Notes: generated by a model from the letters alone, not told the origin. Positions 46,736-57,549 are shown, counted from the stretch's first letter. The stretch: 64,000 nt of DNA from Promethearchaeota archaeon (GCA_048938105.1 JBHLMN010000003.1:192001-256000), one strand, 5' to 3'. A program made the numbers and translations.

Positions 46736-48211
46736 ATGACATTATCAGATATCATTTCTCGGATTGAGGATAATTTTAACAAGAATCATCTTCCTGAAAT
46801 ACAAAAATTCCTTCAACAACCTTCTATCTCTGCTACAGGTGAAGGAGTAAAAGCAACATCAGAGATTTTATTAAGAAAGATTAAAGCACTTGGTGGTGAA
46901 GATGTTCATCTAGCGTACACAATGGGAGAAGAGTTTGGACACCCACAAGTTTATGGTGAAGTTTGGGCTGATAAAAAAAAGCCCACAGTCTTATTCTACA
47001 GTATGTATGATGTACAACCTGTGTATCCAGATAAATGGATTCTCAATGATAAGAAAATTGACCCATTTGGAGCAGAAATCCACGAATTTGAATGGTTTCC
47101 AGGTTTTTCTGGTAAGTGCTTATTAAATCGTGGAGTCACAAATCAAAAAGGACCTACAATGGCTGCTTTTAATGTTTTTGAGGAATTACTGAAAGAAGAG
47201 GGGGAATTACCAGTTAATATCATTTTCGCAATTGAAGGGGAAGAGGAGCTAGGCTCACCTCATATGAATCCTTTTATTAATGAATATGCTAAAAAACTTA
47301 AACAGAGTACTGCTGTTTATTTCCCAATGTTCTTTGAAATGTTTGATGGCTCCATTAAATTCTATCTTGGTGTCAGAGGATGTATCGAGGCCAAGATATG
47401 GTGTCGAGGAGGAGATTGGGGTGGGCCTGTTGGTCGGAACTTACATTCATCCAATTCGGGATTAGTGAAAAATCCAGTATTCAAATTAATGCAAGTCTTA
47501 TTATCGATGAAAAATGATGATACCAATGAAATTCTAGTTCCAGGAATAATAGATGATCCCAATATCGTTGGCCCATCCGAGGAGGATGAGGAGATAATCA
47601 AGGAACTTTTAAAGAACTTAGATTTTAATAATTTAAAAAAGAATATGAGCGTAACTAGTTTTAGAGGAATAAATGGTGTAGAACTGACTGGTAAGCAAGC
47701 AATTGTTGAACAATTATTCAAACCAGGATTATCTGTCAATGGAATTGAAGGAGGGTATTATGGAGAAGGGGGGATGACTATCATTCCTCATGAGGCCCAT
47801 GCAAACCTAGATATTCGTTTACCACCATTTCAGGAGATTGAATATGTGAAACAATGCTATCAAGCTTATATCAAAGAGCAATTTCCGATGGTCGAACTAG
47901 ATCTTGGAGCTGGGTATGGCCCTGCAAAAATGTCACCGTCTCATCCTCTTATTCAAACTACAAAGTTAGTATATGAAGATTATGGAAAGAACCCTGTCTT
48001 TTATCCTCTTCTCGCAGGTTCGGCACCATTCTCAATGTTTCAATCTATTCTCAAACTTCCGTTCGTTTTTGGGGGATTATGTCATGGTGGTAGAGCTCAT
48101 TCACCACTTGAATACGCGGTTGTCAAATCCAATGATCCCCATGTAGGAGGCATCCTTGAATTCGAAAAATTTGTCGCTAATCTATTTTTAGAATTTGCCC
48201 AGAAATTATGA
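46736..48211 (+). CDS. M20-family metallopeptidase/dipeptidase
   Basis: 'YSMYDVQP', 'RGVTNQKG', 'EGEEELGS', 'NLHS', 'RAHSPLEY'. Confidence 0.9.
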   Translation: MTLSDIISRIEDNFNKNHLPEIQKFLQQPSISATGEGVKATSEILLRKIKALGGEDVHLAYTMGEEFGHPQVYGEVWADKKKPTVLFYSMYDVQPVYPDKWILNDKKIDPFGAEIHEFEWFPGFSGKCLLNRGVTNQKGPTMAAFNVFEELLKEEGELPVNIIFAIEGEEELGSPHMNPFINEYAKKLKQSTAVYFPMFFEMFDGSIKFYLGVRGCIEAKIWCRGGDWGGPVGRNLHSSNSGLVKNPVFKLMQVLLSMKNDDTNEILVPGIIDDPNIVGPSEEDEEIIKELLKNLDFNNLKKNMSVTSFRGINGVELTGKQAIVEQLFKPGLSVNGIEGGYYGEGGMTIIPHEAHANLDIRLPPFQEIEYVKQCYQAYIKEQFPMVELDLGAGYGPAKMSPSHPLIQTTKLVYEDYGKNPVFYPLLAGSAPFSMFQSILKLPFVFGGLCHGGRAHSPLEYAVVKSNDPHVGGILEFEKFVANLFLEFAQKL

Positions 48212-48257
48212 ATACTCCCTTCCATCAACTTTACTCAATTTGACCTATCGTTCTCTG

Positions 48258-49208
48258 CTAATTCTTCCGTTTGCGAGTGGTTGTCTTTTTATATAATTCT
48301 GCTAACTCATCTAATTCAAAATCATCTAGTAAATCTTTTTCACTTTTATCAAGACCAGGTTTTGTTTTTTCTTTATCTAACAGTGCATGTAATTCTTCCT
48401 GAAGATTACCTTTAACGAGTTCGGAACTTTGCAGTTTTTCACGCCCTTTTTGAGTAATCTGCCACACTTGTAAGTTTTGTACGTACTCAATCTCACCAAC
48501 AGACACTAATTTGCGGAGGATTGCCATAATTTTATCTCTATCATACTCGACTTGCCCTGTACGGGAGATGATTTCTAGTTGGCCAAGTATCGATAAAAGT
48601 GGAAGGCCGTTTTCATGATCATCTAGCATATCAAGAATGTAAATGGTGAGAAACCTTGAAAACCGGTCTGGTAATGGATGTTCATCTTCTGTTAAGCGTT
48701 TATGTATCCAGATAAGGACTTGTGCAAAATACTGTGGCTCCTTCGCGGTTGTGGAGAAAATCCGATGTGGTCGATCAAGTCTATTAAGGATGTCTAACTT
48801 TTCGATAATGGTCGAAGGATGCACTCGAGCAATATCTTTTTTGTGAAAAAGAACAGCCAAAGGTTTACCCAATGATTGAGGATGATTTAGGATTTTCATG
48901 AATTCTGTTTCTGCATCCATAAAGCTACTCTCATCACTTCCATCAATGACAAATATGATAGCTTCCACATGATCAATATAATTCGAAACAAACCTTCTTA
49001 CCTCCTTTCTCCCCCCAACTTCAGTTATATTAAATGTAATGTTCTTATCAATTGTGATTTCAGAAATGGTCTGGGCTGTAGAAGGTGCTCCTGCTATAAA
49101 AAGGCCTTTTTGAAAAGAATTAATGAGAGTAGACTTACCACTTTTTTCTAAACCATAAAGGAGGACTCGAATAACTGTTGTCAGTTTTTTTCCCCTTTTT
49201 CCAGGCAA
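48258..49208 (-). CDS. Divergent Arf-like GTPase fused to C-terminal winged-helix domain
   Basis: G1 GLEKSGKS, 'PSTA', G3 variant EVGGR, 'IIFVIDGSD', G4 variant HKKD, G5 TTAK; wHTH 'YILDML...ILRKLVSVGEIE...WQITQKGREKL'. Confidence 0.82.
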   Translation of the reverse strand: MPGKRGKKLTTVIRVLLYGLEKSGKSTLINSFQKGLFIAGAPSTAQTISEITIDKNITFNITEVGGRKEVRRFVSNYIDHVEAIIFVIDGSDESSFMDAETEFMKILNHPQSLGKPLAVLFHKKDIARVHPSTIIEKLDILNRLDRPHRIFSTTAKEPQYFAQVLIWIHKRLTEDEHPLPDRFSRFLTIYILDMLDDHENGLPLLSILGQLEIISRTGQVEYDRDKIMAILRKLVSVGEIEYVQNLQVWQITQKGREKLQSSELVKGNLQEELHALLDKEKTKPGLDKSEKDLLDDFELDELAELYKKTTTRKRKN

Positions 49209-49570
49209 TTATCTAGACAACTCAATGTTGATTTTTCCTTTTTTTAGTTTTTCATCTACTTATGATGATTGCTAATCGTTTGAAATTCAGAAAGTTCATT
49301 TGTATTGAGGTTATTTTCTTACCTAATGGGCATGTTATATCCATAGTTCACTTTATCCCCTTTCAATTTTTACACCTTCAGAATAGATTTATGTTTAGAA
49401 AAAATTACCTGGTTTCTATTTTTATCAAGAATTTAGTAATTATGTGAGTTTCAAAAACAATTTAAAGAAAAAAACAATAGTAACTAACCAATCTTGATAA
49501 AATTTTAATTAAGAATTATTAAAAAAATAATGCATATGAAAAATGATTTGTTTTTCTGGATGAGGAGCTA

Positions 49571-52500
49571 ATGAAATTCAATAAACATAAGATATCCAAA
49601 TATTCACTCTGGATAATATTAATTCTAACAATTGCTCACTACAAATCTACTGGTAGTTTTGAATTATCAGACAGAATAATCGAAAAATATGGAATTACAT
49701 CTCATTCATATGATGTGATCTCATCAACTCCATATAATAGAGAGAAAGAATCCTTAAGTGCTGTAAAAACAAATACTATAGAAATATCTAATCCAATAAC
49801 CTACTCAGATACTATAAATTTAGATCAATTAGCAGATTGTCTTGCCATTGACCCAAAAACTGGTGATTATTACCTTTATTATCCTAGATCATATTGTGTA
49901 AAAACTTATGATAAGGATTTCAATTTCATTGGAACAATAGGAACTGAAGGAGAAGAGGGAACAGATAACGATCACTTTGGTAATTACGTGACAAATACTC
50001 CATTTGGAGGCCTTAAAGTAAGTAATGATGGCCGTTTATTCGTGAGTGATCCTCAGAATCAACGAGTTCAAGTATTCAATACAACTGACCGGTCTTATCT
50101 GACAACTATTAACTGCTCAACTTATATGCCTTATGGGGAATGCCCATTTGGACTCGATATTGGGATTGATGGTTCACTTTATGTAGCTATTTACAACGGA
50201 CCAGTGCTGATTTTTGACAAGAACTTAACCTTCATTGATTCTATCTTCACGGCAAATAATATGCATACCACAGCTATTGATACTAAAGGCCGAATCTACT
50301 CTGGTCACGGTGATACATCTTATCATGAGATCCCTGTTTACAACATAACGACAAAAGCAATGCTGTATGGAATAACTTCCGTTGACGGAACAGATTTTTA
50401 TAGACCAGTGATTGTACGAACTGATTACCGTGATAATCTCTATGTTGTTTGTGATTTTGAACACAGAGTTCAGATATTAAACAAAACTCATGGCCTTATT
50501 GGAACTATAGGCATACCAAACGAAAGCGGGAATGATAACGATCATCTTAATTGTCCGTTGGATGTGGCTTTCTACAAAGGACAAGTATACGTTCTCGATC
50601 ATAATAATTATCGTATTCAAATATTCGCTATTTTCCAGACTCAAAAATCAATTAATATCAATAGTAACACCGATTTTAGGCAGCAGGCGGCAGGGAAAGC
50701 GTGGTTTGGCAATGGTACAGTTTCCAATCCATATTTAATTGAAGGATACATTATAACAGCAATAAATTCCAAACACTTGGTTTCTATCAGCAATACAGAC
50801 GTCTATTTTCAAATTCGTGAATGCTTTTTCAATAATAAATATATATACGATAGTAGAGGTATTTCATTTGCTAATGTGACAAATTCTCTAATTACTGACA
50901 ATACAATTTACAATGCTGCATCGGACGCTATATGGCTGGAGCAAGGATCTACTCATAATAATATTACCAATAATGTGATAACATATGTTGGATCTTATAG
51001 ATCTGGAGGAGATGCAATTGGCATCTTACAATCCTCCAATAATAATATCTTTAACAATACAATTAACAAATACTCTGATGGAATCTATTTAGGCTATACC
51101 TCACTTAATCATATTTACAAGAATAAAATCGATGATTGCGATAGAGGTATAAGGGTTCATGCTGGAACTAATAATAATTCAATTTTGTATAATCAGGTGA
51201 GTCATTGTGAACAATGGGCAGTAGAGATGAATCCTTCTGCTTATGGAAATATTGTGATGTACAATAATTTCATTGATAACTTATTCATAGAATCTCAAGC
51301 TAGTGATTATAATGGAGATAATATCTTTAATTATAACTATTGGGATGATTGGACCAATCCTGACGAGAATTTTAACTATATCGTTGATCTCCCTTATCAC
51401 ATTTATGGCCCTGGAAATAACTCAGACCTCCACCCTCGAACCACTCCTGATTTCTTTTCTTTTATTGATCATGATCCTATTTACATTGATGATAATGAAG
51501 ATTTTGTTACATTAGGTTTTGAAGGTAAAGGGACTAAGGATAATCCCTACATCATTGAAGGATGTTCCATTAATAGTTCAGAAACTTTAATAGAAATTTG
51601 GCACACTAATGTTCATTTTAAAATTCAAAAAAACTGGCTAAATGGAATAACCAAATTCTTTAATGGAATATATCTTTATAATGTTACCCATGGAACCATT
51701 GTCAATAATATCATACTCAATTGTAGTGCAGGTATTTATCAGGAATATTCCAAGGAAAATAATTTAATAAACAATCACATCATCAATTCTAATACTGGAA
51801 TGGTACATACTTCAACTTCAGCTAATCTAATTGAAGGTAATAGAGTTCATGATTGCACTCAAACTGGAATTTATTTATTCAACACAAATTATACTATTAT
51901 TTCGTATAATGCTATATTCAATAATAGTAATGCAGGGATTCATCTAGCCTCATGTAATAACAATACTATGTTTAATAATACCTTTAATGACAACGATGAC
52001 TCTGGAGTTGAACTTGATTCAGCCAATAGCAATAATATTTTTAGCAATATTATTCAAAATGACGGTATTGGCATGATTCTACGATCTAGCAATAAAAATT
52101 ACTTTTCCAAAAATATTATCTCCAGGAGTCTTTATTCTGGCATTGATGTGGGAACCTGTGCCAGTAATACGTTTTTAAATAATACACTCTTTGATAACAA
52201 TGATAATGGGATTTTATTAGTAAATTCCATAAATAACAACTTAATTAACAATTCGATATTTCAAAATGATCGAGGAATACATCTCCATAACATTAACAAT
52301 CAAGGAAATATCATTTCAGGTAATATTATCAAATATCACAATAGCTCTGGGATCATATTGGATTACCAAGCTGAAAATAATCAAATAACAGGGAACTATT
52401 TTATTGGAAATAATCAAGGTGGAAGACAAGCAGAAGACAATGGTGTTAATAATATCTTTTCATACAATTTCTGGGATGATTGGATTACTCCCGATGAAAA

Positions 52501-53044
52501 TGCTGATAGGATAGTCGATAATCCATATCCAATCTCTGGTAATGCGGGAAATTTCGATAATTTTCCACTTGTTTTTGGTTTAGGTCACTACATCTCGCAA
52601 CTTAATATAATCTCTCCCAAAGGAGGTGAAAAATTCCTACAAGGAGATATAATTTCGATTCAATGGTCCACCGCACTCTGTTCACATGGCCATTCAATTA
52701 CTTACTCTATATACTATTCGCGTAATTCTGGTGAAACTTGGATTATACTAGCCTCAGAAGTGGTTGGAACTGAATTTTCATGGGATACGTATAATGTTGA
52801 CCCAGGGACTCAGTTTCTTATCATGGTGGTCGCAGAATGCTCTGAAGGAAAAACAATAACAGAAGCTATTGGTCAAACCTTTGAAATTTATAGTGACACT
52901 GGAATAACCACTACTACTAGTACCAGTCAAAGAGAAACTGATATTCCTTCAATCCCAGTTCCAGTTAATGTCCCAGCAATCATCATGGGATTAAGTCTAT
53001 TAGCTATCTTCAGAATCATTTTTCACAGCAAAAGTAAGGAATAA
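49571..53044 (+). CDS. Secreted surface protein: NHL beta-propeller, two right-handed beta-helix (NosD/CASH) modules, Ig-like domain, TM anchor
   Basis: NHL 'LFVSDPQNQRVQVF', 'VYVLDHNNYRIQIF'; duplicated 'G.GT..NPY.IEG ... N.WDDW..PDEN...IVD.PY'; Asn-rich coils; Thr linker plus TM. Confidence 0.88.
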   Translation: MKFNKHKISKYSLWIILILTIAHYKSTGSFELSDRIIEKYGITSHSYDVISSTPYNREKESLSAVKTNTIEISNPITYSDTINLDQLADCLAIDPKTGDYYLYYPRSYCVKTYDKDFNFIGTIGTEGEEGTDNDHFGNYVTNTPFGGLKVSNDGRLFVSDPQNQRVQVFNTTDRSYLTTINCSTYMPYGECPFGLDIGIDGSLYVAIYNGPVLIFDKNLTFIDSIFTANNMHTTAIDTKGRIYSGHGDTSYHEIPVYNITTKAMLYGITSVDGTDFYRPVIVRTDYRDNLYVVCDFEHRVQILNKTHGLIGTIGIPNESGNDNDHLNCPLDVAFYKGQVYVLDHNNYRIQIFAIFQTQKSININSNTDFRQQAAGKAWFGNGTVSNPYLIEGYIITAINSKHLVSISNTDVYFQIRECFFNNKYIYDSRGISFANVTNSLITDNTIYNAASDAIWLEQGSTHNNITNNVITYVGSYRSGGDAIGILQSSNNNIFNNTINKYSDGIYLGYTSLNHIYKNKIDDCDRGIRVHAGTNNNSILYNQVSHCEQWAVEMNPSAYGNIVMYNNFIDNLFIESQASDYNGDNIFNYNYWDDWTNPDENFNYIVDLPYHIYGPGNNSDLHPRTTPDFFSFIDHDPIYIDDNEDFVTLGFEGKGTKDNPYIIEGCSINSSETLIEIWHTNVHFKIQKNWLNGITKFFNGIYLYNVTHGTIVNNIILNCSAGIYQEYSKENNLINNHIINSNTGMVHTSTSANLIEGNRVHDCTQTGIYLFNTNYTIISYNAIFNNSNAGIHLASCNNNTMFNNTFNDNDDSGVELDSANSNNIFSNIIQNDGIGMILRSSNKNYFSKNIISRSLYSGIDVGTCASNTFLNNTLFDNNDNGILLVNSINNNLINNSIFQNDRGIHLHNINNQGNIISGNIIKYHNSSGIILDYQAENNQITGNYFIGNNQGGRQAEDNGVNNIFSYNFWDDWITPDENADRIVDNPYPISGNAGNFDNFPLVFGLGHYISQLNIISPKGGEKFLQGDIISIQWSTALCSHGHSITYSIYYSRNSGETWIILASEVVGTEFSWDTYNVDPGTQFLIMVVAECSEGKTITEAIGQTFEIYSDTGITTTTSTSQRETDIPSIPVPVNVPAIIMGLSLLAIFRIIFHSKSKE

Positions 53045-53134
53045 TAACCATCAAATAACCAGAGAACATAATAATCTTAGGTTATTATATTTAGTTCAAC
53101 ACGATCTCTCTCCCTACAGACAATCTCATTTTTT

Positions 53135-54418
53135 TTGAAGGTATTAATTGTGAAATTTAGATTTTCGACAGCTGAAGAACAAGCTAAACAATTAGACTTA
53201 CAAGATCCCTTAGCTGAGTTCCGTTCACGATTCTTTATCCCTGTAAATACAATCTATCTTGATGGAAATTCATTAGGCTTATTACCAAAAGATGCTGAAA
53301 AATGTCTTCTCAGGGTAATGAAGGAATGGAAAACATTAGGAATTCAAGGATGGTTTGAGGGGGAAAGACCATGGTGGCATTTTGGTGAAGACCTGGGGGC
53401 AATGGCCGCCCCTTTGGTTGGAGCTGAACCAATTGAAGTTGCTGCTACTGGCACAACAACTGTTAATCTTCATTCACTTGTGAGTACTTTTTATCATCCA
53501 AATGGAAAGAGAACTAAAATTCTGGCAGATGAACTTGATTTTCCTACTGACATTTATACTCTGAAAAGCCAGATAAAACTCAAGGGATTAGATCCTAATC
53601 AACATTTGGTTCTTGTACCTCCGAACGACCGTTTTTTCGATGAAGATACAATTGTTAAACACATGACTGATGATATTGCCCTAATCATGCTTCCATCAGC
53701 TCTTTATCGTAGTGGTCAATTACTCAATATGGCCTATTTAACAGAGGAAGCACATGAACGAGGAATCCCTATTGGTTTCGATTGTTGTCACTCCGTTGGA
53801 GCTGTACCTCACTACTTTGATGATTGGGGAGTAGACTTTGCTGTTTGGTGCAGTTATAAATATTTGAATTCAGGTCCAGGTGGTACAGCATTTCTATACA
53901 TTAATAAGAAGCATTTTTATAAGGAACCAGGTCTTACAGGCTGGTTTGGATATGTGAAAGAAAAGCAATTCGATATGCTACTAGATTTCGAACATGCCAA
54001 ATCAGCTGGAGGATGGCAGATGTCCAGCTCTAATATACTATGTTCTGCACCCATTGAAGGAGCATTAATGGTAACCTTAGAAGCAGGTATCCATAGAATT
54101 CGTGAGAAATCAATTAAAATGACCTCGTATTTGATTTATCTGATTGACAAACTTCTTACTGAAGATCCTTACAATTTTGAGGTAGGTACACCGCGTAATC
54201 CTGATCGTAGAACAGGTCATGTAGCAATCGAACATGATGAAGCATTTCGAATTTCTGAAGCTCTGAAAGCCCGTGGTGTTATCACTGATTTTCGTCCTCC
54301 TAATATTATCAGAGTTGCTCCTGTGGCTCTCTATAATACCTATCATGAAGTTTGGCGAATCGTGCAGTTTTTACAGGAAATTATCAATAAGCAGGAGTAC
54401 CTTGAATATTCTAAATGA
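53135..54418 (+). CDS. kynU: Kynureninase
   Basis: 'IYLDGNSLGL', 'TTVNLH', 'FPTDIY', 'DCCHSVG', 'WCSYKYLNSGPG', 'GWFG', 'DFRPP..IRVAP'. Start may be GTG 53150. Confidence 0.95.
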   Translation: MKVLIVKFRFSTAEEQAKQLDLQDPLAEFRSRFFIPVNTIYLDGNSLGLLPKDAEKCLLRVMKEWKTLGIQGWFEGERPWWHFGEDLGAMAAPLVGAEPIEVAATGTTTVNLHSLVSTFYHPNGKRTKILADELDFPTDIYTLKSQIKLKGLDPNQHLVLVPPNDRFFDEDTIVKHMTDDIALIMLPSALYRSGQLLNMAYLTEEAHERGIPIGFDCCHSVGAVPHYFDDWGVDFAVWCSYKYLNSGPGGTAFLYINKKHFYKEPGLTGWFGYVKEKQFDMLLDFEHAKSAGGWQMSSSNILCSAPIEGALMVTLEAGIHRIREKSIKMTSYLIYLIDKLLTEDPYNFEVGTPRNPDRRTGHVAIEHDEAFRISEALKARGVITDFRPPNIIRVAPVALYNTYHEVWRIVQFLQEIINKQEYLEYSK

Positions 54419-54442
54419 CCAAAAAACGCTGGTTAAAGCTGA

Positions 54443-55054
54443 ATGAGAAATCCACTTTCTCGAAAATTATCTTTCAAACTAATTTGGGAAAGTTACAAGT
54501 CAAAAGAAGTGGAATCTCGGCGATTAATCCTGCAAAAAGGTCGAATGGAATCTAGACTCCATATCATTCTCAAAGTACTTGCATTTTGTTATTTTTGGGA
54601 TAGAAATCTGATTATAGAACCACGTTTTCCGTTTAATCGTTATAAACCTGATTTAATTTCTTGGCAGAAGTCTGAAATCCCCACAAAAGAGGAACTGATT
54701 CCAGATCTATGGATTGAGTGTAAAGCAGTCAACCTCAAGAAATTGATAAGGTTGAGTCATGCTTTTCCTCAAAGTTCTATTGTCTGGATGCACTCATTGC
54801 AGCCATTATCCAGAACGGTTAGAAATATTGAGTCTAAGAACGCAAAATATCGATTAGCTTTAAATCTTCACTTCATCGGCATTGAAACTGCACATAAAAA
54901 TTGGATTCTTCTTGAAGAAAGCATGGAAAATAGACACATTCAATGGGTGGCGACTCAACCTATCAGAAATTCTATAATGATTGAAATTAAAAACATGAAT
55001 GGATATCCAATTCCTTTTCAATTTCATGATCTTCTTACCACTATCAAAAAATAA
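54443..55054 (+). CDS. YaeQ-like PD-(D/E)xK-fold protein
   Basis: 'ES..HIILKVLAF', 'YKPDL', 'LWIECK'. Confidence 0.6.
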   Translation: MRNPLSRKLSFKLIWESYKSKEVESRRLILQKGRMESRLHIILKVLAFCYFWDRNLIIEPRFPFNRYKPDLISWQKSEIPTKEELIPDLWIECKAVNLKKLIRLSHAFPQSSIVWMHSLQPLSRTVRNIESKNAKYRLALNLHFIGIETAHKNWILLEESMENRHIQWVATQPIRNSIMIEIKNMNGYPIPFQFHDLLTTIKK

Positions 55055-55086
55055 ATTTAGTAGAAACACATTGCTAAAGCGATTTT

Positions 55087-55971
55087 ATGTCACAAATCCA
55101 TATTCGGGCGTTGAAGGAAACAGATGCAAATTTTCTAAATCACCTTGATTCGCAGGTTAAATGGGGATTTAGCCAAAAACCACCAGATATATTTCTAGAA
55201 TTTAGTAACTCTGCATATCTTGCAGAAGATTCTGTCCTTAAAGTTCCTTATGGAATAGTAGTAACCTATCATTATCCTCCTTCTACAGGATGGATTGGAT
55301 TTCTAATCGTAGATGAAAAATATAGGGAAAAGGGAATTGGACGAACACTATTCTCAAAAGCTGTTGATCATTTACTAGAGATTGGATGTAAAGAAATCCT
55401 CTTAGATGCTGTTCCTGATGCTGTAAGTCTTTATGAAAGTTTTCGCTTTTCTAGGATTGAAAGGTCTTTACGATTAAAAATCTCGTTAAGCAATCTTTTA
55501 GAATCTACAATTTCCTCTCCACAAAGCTTTCATATGCGAAAAAAGCACATTAAAGACATAGGAAAATACGATCTGTCAATCTTTGGAGCAGAAAGGAAGA
55601 AAATCTTTGTAACCATGCTAAAAAACCCTAAAAGTGAAGGAGTAATATTCTTTCAGGATAAGATAGTGAAAGGATATGGATTCATCCGTTTTTCTAAAAG
55701 TTCATTTTCAATTGGTCCATTGTTGGCAAATAGCTCTGATGTTGCTTTTGATATAATAAGTAAATTAATTCAGATAGGTATTCTTCATTGTAAGAAATGT
55801 GAATGGATTCTCATTGGAATCACAGAGACTTCTAGTATTCCATTACAATTCTTTTATCATTTAGGCTTTAAAGAATATAATTACTCTATACGCATGCGAT
55901 ATGGTACTAATCAAAGGAAAAAACGAAAAACAAACCTCATTTATAGCATTGCTGCTCCTGCAATGGGTTGA
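55087..55971 (+). CDS. Tandem GNAT acetyltransferase (YitH-like)
   Basis: 'GWIGFLIV...YREKGIGRTLF', 'LLDA....SLYESFRF', 'SIGPLLA'. Confidence 0.88.
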   Translation: MSQIHIRALKETDANFLNHLDSQVKWGFSQKPPDIFLEFSNSAYLAEDSVLKVPYGIVVTYHYPPSTGWIGFLIVDEKYREKGIGRTLFSKAVDHLLEIGCKEILLDAVPDAVSLYESFRFSRIERSLRLKISLSNLLESTISSPQSFHMRKKHIKDIGKYDLSIFGAERKKIFVTMLKNPKSEGVIFFQDKIVKGYGFIRFSKSSFSIGPLLANSSDVAFDIISKLIQIGILHCKKCEWILIGITETSSIPLQFFYHLGFKEYNYSIRMRYGTNQRKKRKTNLIYSIAAPAMG

Positions 55972-56018
55972 TTGGATTAGAATGTAATCTGTTTTACTAA
56001 AAATCATGGTGAAGGAAA

Positions 56019-56510
56019 ATGAATAAACTACAAACCATTCAATTTTTAAAAAATAATCATCAAAAATTGGAGAAAGTTATTAACAGGTTAGAAGAGAACC
56101 AAATGGTTGAAGATATTATTTCAATAAAGTGGACAGTAAAAGATATTTTAGCTCATATCTCTGCTTGGAATTTAGAACTTATCAAAGCCATTGATGACCT
56201 TTTAAACAATCAAGAACCTTGGTTTACTAATGAGGAAGAATTAACAGAGGCAGAATTCAATGAACTTGAGACTGAAAAACGCAAAGCTTGGTCTTTAAAT
56301 CAAGTATTAGAAGAATGGCAGAGTTCATTTGACGAATTAATCAGCAAGATTGAAAGTTTATCAAGTACTGAATGGGACTATCAAACAGCTTTTAAATGGG
56401 GGGGTGAAATGCCAGTTTCCGTTAATTCCTTGTTTGAGTACACATATAAAGGTGAAGGACATGAAGGTGGTCACGCAAAACAAATTAAAGACCATTATAG
56501 AAAGAAATGA
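56019..56510 (+). CDS. DinB/ClbS-DfsB-like four-helix-bundle protein
   Basis: 'WTVKDILAHISAW', 'HEGGHAKQI'. Confidence 0.82.
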   Translation: MNKLQTIQFLKNNHQKLEKVINRLEENQMVEDIISIKWTVKDILAHISAWNLELIKAIDDLLNNQEPWFTNEEELTEAEFNELETEKRKAWSLNQVLEEWQSSFDELISKIESLSSTEWDYQTAFKWGGEMPVSVNSLFEYTYKGEGHEGGHAKQIKDHYRKK

Positions 56511-56533
56511 TCTCTCGAGGATTTACCAATTGA

Positions 56534-57364
56534 TTATCCTTTACCAGTAATAAAATTGGTCTTTTTAATGAATAAGGAAGTACCTACAATACTTATTGCG
56601 TATAAGGAATAAATGATTGGTGATATCATAGAATAAGCTTCTAGCGTTATTAATCCTAAATCAATTGATAATATAGAAACATTAATGAAATAATGAAACA
56701 TACTCGCTAAGAACAAACTTTGATTTGTATTGTTGAATGCCCATCCAATAACTATTGAATAGGCTATTATCTTTATTAAATACAAAACGAGGTTTGTATC
56801 AGTCCAAATTCCTGTTAACCACAACGGGAGATGCCACAATCCCCAAGCAAGGCCTACAATAATACTAGAAACCAATGGGGAATACTTTTGCTGTAGATGA
56901 GGTTGTAAGAATCCTCGCCAACCCAATTCTTCTCCTGTAGCTCCAGTAATAAGGGCAATAAGTATCATGAAAATGATGTAAAACCAGTTGATTTCAACTT
57001 GAGACGGAGCCCCACCAAAGAAATAATAAACTAAAATGATTAACACTGAGATAATAGCAGGTGAAAAACCAATTAAAAGCCAAATTGGACTTAATTGGTA
57101 CTTTTTCCATCCTAGAAAAAGATTTTTTAGTCCTTCCTTATCTCTGAGAATGAAATACACCACTAAAAGAACTGCGATATTTGGAGTCCATGCACTAAGG
57201 ATTTGTAATGGCTCAAATGGAATCCAGAAGTAAAGTAAGATAATGAACCAATGTGCAAAAAAACTTAGAGAGTAAAAAGCAATTATAGCTAATAAGATTG
57301 GTTTAGAATCTCCTAATGACTTTTGTGTTATCAAATTGCTGTCACTTGACATAAACAGACCCAC
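56534..57364 (-). CDS. CPBP (CAAX/Abi) intramembrane glutamic protease
   Basis: 'GEELGWRGFL', 'WGLWHLP', 'SMFH..IN'. Start may be ATG 57352. Confidence 0.92.
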   Translation of the reverse strand: MGLFMSSDSNLITQKSLGDSKPILLAIIAFYSLSFFAHWFIILLYFWIPFEPLQILSAWTPNIAVLLVVYFILRDKEGLKNLFLGWKKYQLSPIWLLIGFSPAIISVLIILVYYFFGGAPSQVEINWFYIIFMILIALITGATGEELGWRGFLQPHLQQKYSPLVSSIIVGLAWGLWHLPLWLTGIWTDTNLVLYLIKIIAYSIVIGWAFNNTNQSLFLASMFHYFINVSILSIDLGLITLEAYSMISPIIYSLYAISIVGTSLFIKKTNFITGKG

Positions 57365-57549
57365 TTAGTAATTGATTTCCAAAAAATCCTAAGTCATGTT
57401 TTACGAATTCATTTTTAAGATTAAATCTTCTGGCATAAAAACGGACAAAATCACTTTTTTTTTCTTGGCTATGAGGGTTAATAGATAGAATTTACTAATG
57501 AAAAGTTTGAAGAGGTTCAATCTTCGATGATATTAAGAGATGCATTATA

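Noticed and set aside
54410-54442. Selenocysteine or read-through at the kynU TGA
   Set aside because: Read-through adds only five further residues and all catalytic motifs precede the stop.
54443-55054. PD-(D/E)xK protein as the restriction partner of the orphan methylase
   Set aside because: It lies 23 kb away and looks YaeQ-like; no evidence of linkage.
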